NCBI GenBank assembly: GCA_016178135.1
Contig: JACOTW010000012.1
Span: 1,064 to 65,063, forward strand
Direction: 5' to 3'
Source of the DNA: Candidatus Saccharimonadota bacterium
GTDB lineage: Bacteria > Patescibacteriota > Saccharimonadia > Saccharimonadales > JACOTW01
DNA length: 64,000 nucleotides
A program made the translations under genes and the position numbers. The notes under the pieces were generated by a model. The model saw nothing but the letters and a program-made list of their open reading frames with translations. It was not told the DNA's origin and made no database searches. Every line of letters begins with the position of its first letter. Within the stretch, counting starts at the first letter, position 1. Of this stretch, positions 58,736-64,000 are shown in pieces.

Positions 58736-59572
58736 TTACTTCCTTCTAGCCGCATGACGACTGCGGACAATAAAGTTATTATTTTTCTTCTTAGAACGAG
58801 TCTTGTAACCCAGGGTCTTTTGCCCCCAGGGAGTTCGTGGGTCCTTACCGGTACCATGACGACCGCCATCACCACCACCATGCGGGTGATCAGCGGCGTT
58901 CATAACCACTCCTCGGACTGTTGGTCGAATGCCCTTATTGCGCGACCGGCCAGCTTTACCTATCTTGATGTTCTGGTGCTGTTCATTGCCAATACTCCCA
59001 ATACTTGCGGTACATTCAACATTAATCATTCGAACTTCACCGCTTGGCAGTTTAATTTGAGCGTAGGCACCTTCTCTAGCAACTAATTGAGCTCTATTTC
59101 CAGCACTTCTAGCAAGCTGGGCTCCTTTTCCTGGAGTAAGCTCAATGGCGTGTATCACACTTCCGACTGGAATACTTTTCAATGGTAAACGATTGCCATT
59201 TTCAATAGCTGCATCTTCACCCGTATTAACTATTTGACCGATTTTCATACCGCTGGCAGCAATAATATAATGATACTGGCCACTCTGCTCTTTAATGCGA
59301 GCAATACGAGCAGAACGGTTCGGATCATATTCAATCTGCTCAATAGTGGCAGTTATATTTGCGGGTAAATTAAAATTAACAAGACGATAAAATTGCCGAA
59401 CACCACCGCCTTTATGTCTAGTAGTAATACGGCCCTGATTATTACGACCGCTGGTTTTTTTCTTTACGACTAGAAGCGATTTGAGTGGTTTTTTGGTTGT
59501 AATGTCACTCATATCTTGCGTAGTCATACCGCGACGACCGGGAGTGGTTGGATTATAGGTTTTGATACTCAT
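58736..59572 (-). CDS. rplB: 50S ribosomal protein L2
   Basis: EYDPNRSA, DHPHGGG. Confidence 0.97.
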   Translation of the reverse strand: MSIKTYNPTTPGRRGMTTQDMSDITTKKPLKSLLVVKKKTSGRNNQGRITTRHKGGGVRQFYRLVNFNLPANITATIEQIEYDPNRSARIARIKEQSGQYHYIIAASGMKIGQIVNTGEDAAIENGNRLPLKSIPVGSVIHAIELTPGKGAQLARSAGNRAQLVAREGAYAQIKLPSGEVRMINVECTASIGSIGNEQHQNIKIGKAGRSRNKGIRPTVRGVVMNAADHPHGGGDGGRHGTGKDPRTPWGQKTLGYKTRSKKKNNNFIVRSRHAARRK

Positions 59573-59934
59573 GCTTTTTCCCTTTTGACGGTAGCTTTTA
59601 CTGTGGCTTTTTCGGCTTTCTTGTCGGCTTCTTCTTCAGCAGCAAAGATAGGAATATGGTCACCATTCTTTATGGTAACGTAGGCTTTTTTAAAATCGGA
59701 TTGCTTACCCCTGGAAACACGACCACCCTTGCGAACACTACGAGTTGCCTTGCCTTTAATATTTATGATATTTACCGAGGTAACGGTTACATTAAATTGA
59801 GTAGCTACAGCACCAGCAATAGTTTGCTTGTTTGCATCTTTTGGAGTGACAAACACGTAGACATTACCTAGCTGACTTTGCTTATAGGCCTTTTCACTTA
59901 CTCGCGGGCGCAGAGGCATAAGTTTATCGTTCAT
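59569..59934 (-). CDS. rplW: 50S ribosomal protein L23
   Basis: P..SEK, KKAYVT. Confidence 0.95.
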   Translation of the reverse strand: MNDKLMPLRPRVSEKAYKQSQLGNVYVFVTPKDANKQTIAGAVATQFNVTVTSVNIINIKGKATRSVRKGGRVSRGKQSDFKKAYVTIKNGDHIPIFAAEEEADKKAEKATVKATVKREKA

Positions 59935-60568
59935 GATTCACCCCTAGCCATTCATGCACTATATCAAGTGACTTCTGGCTCATTATAATCGAGTCGGCGT
60001 TCATAACGTCGTACACATTTAAATACTTAGCTTGAATTGCTTTTAAGTCAGGAATATTACTGGTTGCACGCTCTACTAAATTGTCTTTGACGCTTACCAC
60101 CAGCAATATTTTGCCTTTTGCCTCAATCTTATCAATCAATTTGAGGGTTGATTTGACTTTACCATCCTTGCAATCAAATGTTTCAATAATCTTTATGGCA
60201 TCAGAATCAGCTTTAAGACTTAGGGCTTGACGAATAGCTCGACGCTTAGCGTTGACATGCAATTTATGCGTATAGTTTTCGTTGCCAGTTGGACCAAAGG
60301 CCACGCCACCACCACGCCAAATAGGATTACGGCTAGATCCAAAACGTGCTCTTCCGGTACCTTTTTGCTTCCATGGCTTTTTACCACCACCACTAACTTC
60401 GCCACGGCTTTTTGTCTGGGCAGCATTTTCTCTACCATTCGACAAGTAAGCGACGTAAGCTTGTTTTAGCAATTCATGGTTCTCTGGCACAATGCCAAAA
60501 ACTGTCTTATCAAGCTTGGCGGATATTGTTGCCTTGTTGCCAGTTTTAGTATAAGTCGAGATAGCCAT
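59924..60568 (-). CDS. rplD: 50S ribosomal protein L4
   Basis: GGGKKPWKQKGTGRAR.GS. Confidence 0.97.
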   Translation of the reverse strand: MAISTYTKTGNKATISAKLDKTVFGIVPENHELLKQAYVAYLSNGRENAAQTKSRGEVSGGGKKPWKQKGTGRARFGSSRNPIWRGGGVAFGPTGNENYTHKLHVNAKRRAIRQALSLKADSDAIKIIETFDCKDGKVKSTLKLIDKIEAKGKILLVVSVKDNLVERATSNIPDLKAIQAKYLNVYDVMNADSIIMSQKSLDIVHEWLGVNHER

Positions 60569-60626
60569 TACAGACCTCTTTCGGTCGTATTTACGTTTAT
60601 ACTCTGTATTCTGTATCCTGATAAAC

Positions 60627-61241
60627 TCATGATTCTTGTCCTCTAATCATGACAATACCTTTGCGAGGACCAGGTACGGCCCCTGATATACCAATTATGC
60701 CCAATACTGGATCAACAATAGCCACTTTGAGATTTTTGACTGTTACTTGTTCATGCCCCATCTGACCGGCCATCTTCTTCCCTTTAAATATATGTTGCGG
60801 ATACATTGAGCCGATAGAACCAGGACGCCTATACGAACGGCCGCCATGAGTCTTGCGACCTCGATGAAAATTATGACGCTTTATGGTGCCGGCCCAGCCC
60901 TTACCCTTACTTGTGCCGGTGGCCTGTACGATATCCCCGATATTAAAAATGTCGGCTGATATGACCTCGCCGACTTTGATTTCTTCTTGAGTTTCTGTAA
61001 TACGAAATTCACGCACTACCTTGGGTTGTACTTTTGCAATCTTAAAATGACCGGCTAGTGCTTTACCAATTTTCTTGACCTCACCGTAGCCCATCTGTAC
61101 GGCACTATAACCATCGATTTCATTTGTTTTGATTTGCGTTATTGTGCAAGGACTAGTGGAAAGCAAAGTAACAGCCTGTACAGTACCATCGTCATCGATA
61201 GTACTAGTCATGCCAACTTTTCTTGTAATTAGTGCTTTCAT
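60627..61241 (-). CDS. rplC: 50S ribosomal protein L3
   Basis: KVGMT, SKGKG..G.IKRH.F, GAVPG. Confidence 0.97.
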   Translation of the reverse strand: MKALITRKVGMTSTIDDDGTVQAVTLLSTSPCTITQIKTNEIDGYSAVQMGYGEVKKIGKALAGHFKIAKVQPKVVREFRITETQEEIKVGEVISADIFNIGDIVQATGTSKGKGWAGTIKRHNFHRGRKTHGGRSYRRPGSIGSMYPQHIFKGKKMAGQMGHEQVTVKNLKVAIVDPVLGIIGISGAVPGPRKGIVMIRGQES

Positions 61242-61433
61242 AGTAAATCTTTGCTTATTATTTCCTGCTTATGAATCATGATCATGACACAAAAATACCT
61301 GGCACCTAGTGGTTTCTACCTCTGTTGTTTGGTAGACCTGCTAAATCACCAAGACCAGGAAACATTTATATACCAATAAAGAGTAGCAGATTACTACGAC
61401 TCCTGTCAATGTGTTGTGTATTTTACGTGGTTA

Positions 61434-61739
61434 TTAGAAATTAATATATATCCCGAATGGCATCCAGAAGCCTACTAACATCGCAATAAGAAGCACGGCA
61501 AATTCTATTTTGCGATCAATCTGAAAATGTTCATGACCGGCAAAAACAAGACCTGCCAACATGCCCACCGGAAGAGGAACCTGTATATCAGCTCCCCTGG
61601 TAACCTTGAGCCATAACGACCCAAGAATCAGATAAAAGACAAGTTTTAAAAAGAAGACACTGTCCAGCTCTTTATTGGTCGCTTGAGTTGCTTTCTTAAT
61701 CTGTATCTTCCGTTGAGCTTTGGTTTTTGATTTAGGCAT
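61434..61739 (-). CDS. Hypothetical membrane protein
   Basis: Three TMs; HEHFQIDRKIE motif. Confidence 0.65.
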   Translation of the reverse strand: MPKSKTKAQRKIQIKKATQATNKELDSVFFLKLVFYLILGSLWLKVTRGADIQVPLPVGMLAGLVFAGHEHFQIDRKIEFAVLLIAMLVGFWMPFGIYINF

Positions 61740-61758
61740 AAGCGCTATTATATAGAAG

Positions 61759-62235
61759 TTATTTGATTATGCCACGTGTTTTGACAACGTCAAAAATCTT
61801 GTGAAATTGTGAATGCATTGGCGTTGGTATTGTATCGGCATTGAACCAGCCAATTTCAGATATCTTATGTGGCTCTTTATTGATAACAGTAGATGGGTCA
61901 ATACGCACTGAGTGTAGCAAGTATACCCAGTGGGTATTGTTGCCGTTGTGCTCCCTATGTGCATCACCTGCAGTTATAAACTCAATCTCTAAGGGGTCAG
62001 TCCCCAGTTCTTCCAGAACTTCACGTCTTACAGCATCCTCCAGCAATTCTCCCATTTCTACTGCTCCTCCGCCGATATCCCATCGGCCTTGTTCATCACG
62101 CGCTTTTGGACCGCGTTTTTGTAGCAACAGGTTGCCCTGGCCGTCATGCACAACAAAACACACAGTCACACCAATATGATCTATACCTCTGCGGTGGTCT
62201 GTTTCCTCATCTGCAACTTTTACCTTCCTAGTCAT
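61759..62235 (-). CDS. NUDIX hydrolase
   Basis: Nudix box GG.VE.GE....AV.REV.EELG. Confidence 0.9.
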   Translation of the reverse strand: MTRKVKVADEETDHRRGIDHIGVTVCFVVHDGQGNLLLQKRGPKARDEQGRWDIGGGAVEMGELLEDAVRREVLEELGTDPLEIEFITAGDAHREHNGNNTHWVYLLHSVRIDPSTVINKEPHKISEIGWFNADTIPTPMHSQFHKIFDVVKTRGIIK

Positions 62236-62237
62236 GG

Positions 62238-62579
62238 CTACATCTTGATTTCGGCATCACAGCCAGCTGGAAGAGATAGATTCATGAGCGAATCAATTGT
62301 CTTTGGAGTAGGTTCCAGAACATCAATCAGACGTTTATGTACGCGCATCTCGAATTGTTCACGACCTTTTTTGTAGACATGTGGGCTTTTAACAACCGTA
62401 TAAAGGCTGCGTTGAGTTGGTAGCGGAATCGGTCCGGAAATAACGGCTCCGGTTCGCAGAGCGGTATCGACGATTTGCTTCGCAGCCTGATCAATAACCT
62501 TATGGTCATAGGCCTTTAGACGAATACGAATACGTTGCTTAACTTCCTTGACGGGTGCGTTTTTTTTGGCTTCAGCCAT
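62238..62579 (-). CDS. rpsJ: 30S ribosomal protein S10
   Basis: [26 protein letters not shown]. Confidence 0.97.
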   Translation of the reverse strand: MAEAKKNAPVKEVKQRIRIRLKAYDHKVIDQAAKQIVDTALRTGAVISGPIPLPTQRSLYTVVKSPHVYKKGREQFEMRVHKRLIDVLEPTPKTIDSLMNLSLPAGCDAEIKM

Positions 62580-62700
62580 AATCAATCTCCTGGTTGTGAT
62601 GTAATATCTCTACAAACTTATTGAGAAGTATTGTAGCGACTTTTAGTCATCACGATTAGTTTATGGCTTTATTTTACACCATTCTTAGAACTAAGAGAAG

Positions 62701-63882
62701 CTATTTATTGATCTTTGTTACTACACCAGCACCGACTGTGCGACCGCCTTCGCGGATAGCAAAGCGTAGACCTTGCTCCATGGCAATCGGTTGTAGCAAC
62801 TTAACTTTAAAAGTTACAGTGTCGCCCGGCATAACCATTTCTTTGCCTTCTGGTAGCTCAACTTCACCAGTAACGTCGGTTGTGCGGAAGTAAAACTGTG
62901 GTTTGTAGCCTTTGAAGAATGGCGTATGACGACCACCTTCTTCTTTGGTTAAGATATAAACTTCAGCATCAAATTCAGTATGCGGAGTAATTGTACCTGG
63001 CTTAGACAAAACTTGCCCGCGTTCAATATCATCGCGTTCAATACCACGAAGTAAGATACCGGCATTGTCGCCAGCCTGACCTTGGTCAAGGCTCTTTTTG
63101 AACATTTCAATACCCGTTACGACGGATTTTTGAGTAGCACGAACACCTACAATTTCAACCTCATCATTAACCTTAACTACGCCTTGCTCAATACGTCCAG
63201 TCGCAACAGTACCACGACCCTTGATAGAGAATACATCTTCTATGGCCATCATGAACGGCTTGTCGAGATCTCTTTTTGGTTCTTCAACGTAATCATCCAT
63301 AGCTTTTACGAGCTCCATGATTGCGTCCTCATTGGCTGCATCGCCTTCAAGGGCCTTTGTAGCGGAGCCCTTGATGATTGGAGCGTCTTCGTCAAAGTCA
63401 TTCTTGGCAAGAAGTTCACGAATATCCATTTCGACTAGCTCAACTAACTCTGGGTCAGCAAGATCCATTTTATTCATGAAAACAAGTATCTTGGGTACAC
63501 CCACTTGCTTAGCAAGCAATACGTGTTCACGGGTTTGAGGCATAGGGCCGTCAGCTGCTGACACCACCAAAATAGCGCCATCGATCTGAGCGGCACCGGT
63601 AATCATGTTCTTGATATAATCGGCGTGACCAGGCATGTCAACATGCGCGTAGTGACGTTTTTCTGACTCATATTCCTGATGCGAAGTAGCGATAGTAATG
63701 CCACGAGCTTTTTCTTCTGGGGCGTTATCGATTTCATCATATTTGATTGCCTTATTTACGTCGCTTGGAAGTTTTTTTGCAAGCACGGCCGTTATAGCCG
63801 CCGTTAATGTGGTCTTGCCGTGGTCAACATGCCCCATAGTACCAACGTTTACATGCGGCTTGCTGCGATCAAAATTTGCCAT
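62701..63882 (-). CDS. tuf: Elongation factor Tu
   Basis: [29 protein letters not shown]. Confidence 0.98.
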   Translation of the reverse strand: MANFDRSKPHVNVGTMGHVDHGKTTLTAAITAVLAKKLPSDVNKAIKYDEIDNAPEEKARGITIATSHQEYESEKRHYAHVDMPGHADYIKNMITGAAQIDGAILVVSAADGPMPQTREHVLLAKQVGVPKILVFMNKMDLADPELVELVEMDIRELLAKNDFDEDAPIIKGSATKALEGDAANEDAIMELVKAMDDYVEEPKRDLDKPFMMAIEDVFSIKGRGTVATGRIEQGVVKVNDEVEIVGVRATQKSVVTGIEMFKKSLDQGQAGDNAGILLRGIERDDIERGQVLSKPGTITPHTEFDAEVYILTKEEGGRHTPFFKGYKPQFYFRTTDVTGEVELPEGKEMVMPGDTVTFKVKLLQPIAMEQGLRFAIREGGRTVGAGVVTKINK

Positions 63883-64000
63883 AATTATACTCCTATTACT
63901 TCACTGATTAATTAAATTAATTTGGCGCAATTACAAAATAATAGCCAATGTGATTTACAGAAGCCATTGTACCGAATAACCTGTTTCTTGTAAAGTTTAT

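Noticed and set aside
45492..63907. Many plus-strand ORFs opposite ribosomal genes and tuf
   Set aside because: Antisense shadows of conserved minus-strand genes with no independent motifs.

Overview
Core chromosome of a small-genome bacterium, most likely Patescibacteria/CPR (Saccharibacteria-like). This is an inference from the missing rpmD/L30 in spc, a Tmk-ThyX fusion and an N-extended L1. The window holds the tuf-S10-spc-alpha ribosomal cluster, secE-nusG-rplKA, rplJL, replication/repair genes (UvrD-nuclease, dnaX, dnaB, recR, holB), cysS, trpS and five tRNAs. Three things stand out. (1) About 29 copies or fragments of 140-170 bp palindromic MITE-like elements in two families (A: CTGGAC...GTCCAG with 4-bp TNNA duplication; B: TATAGCCCCCGCAAAACAAATT ends with TA duplication). 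Several sit in-frame inside housekeeping proteins (UvrD, DnaX, RluD, NrnA, TrpRS), reminiscent of Rickettsia palindromic elements, and they show compensatory stem changes, nesting and chimeras. (2) An integron-like array of small co-oriented genes downstream of tRNA-Tyr (37.1-41.5 kb), separated by a ~45-bp repeat that contains the tRNA 3' end, with no integrase in the window. (3) A gene whose 3' end looks like a DGR variable region, with no template repeat or RT in the window. All calls come from reading the sequence and the ORF track; no database search was run.
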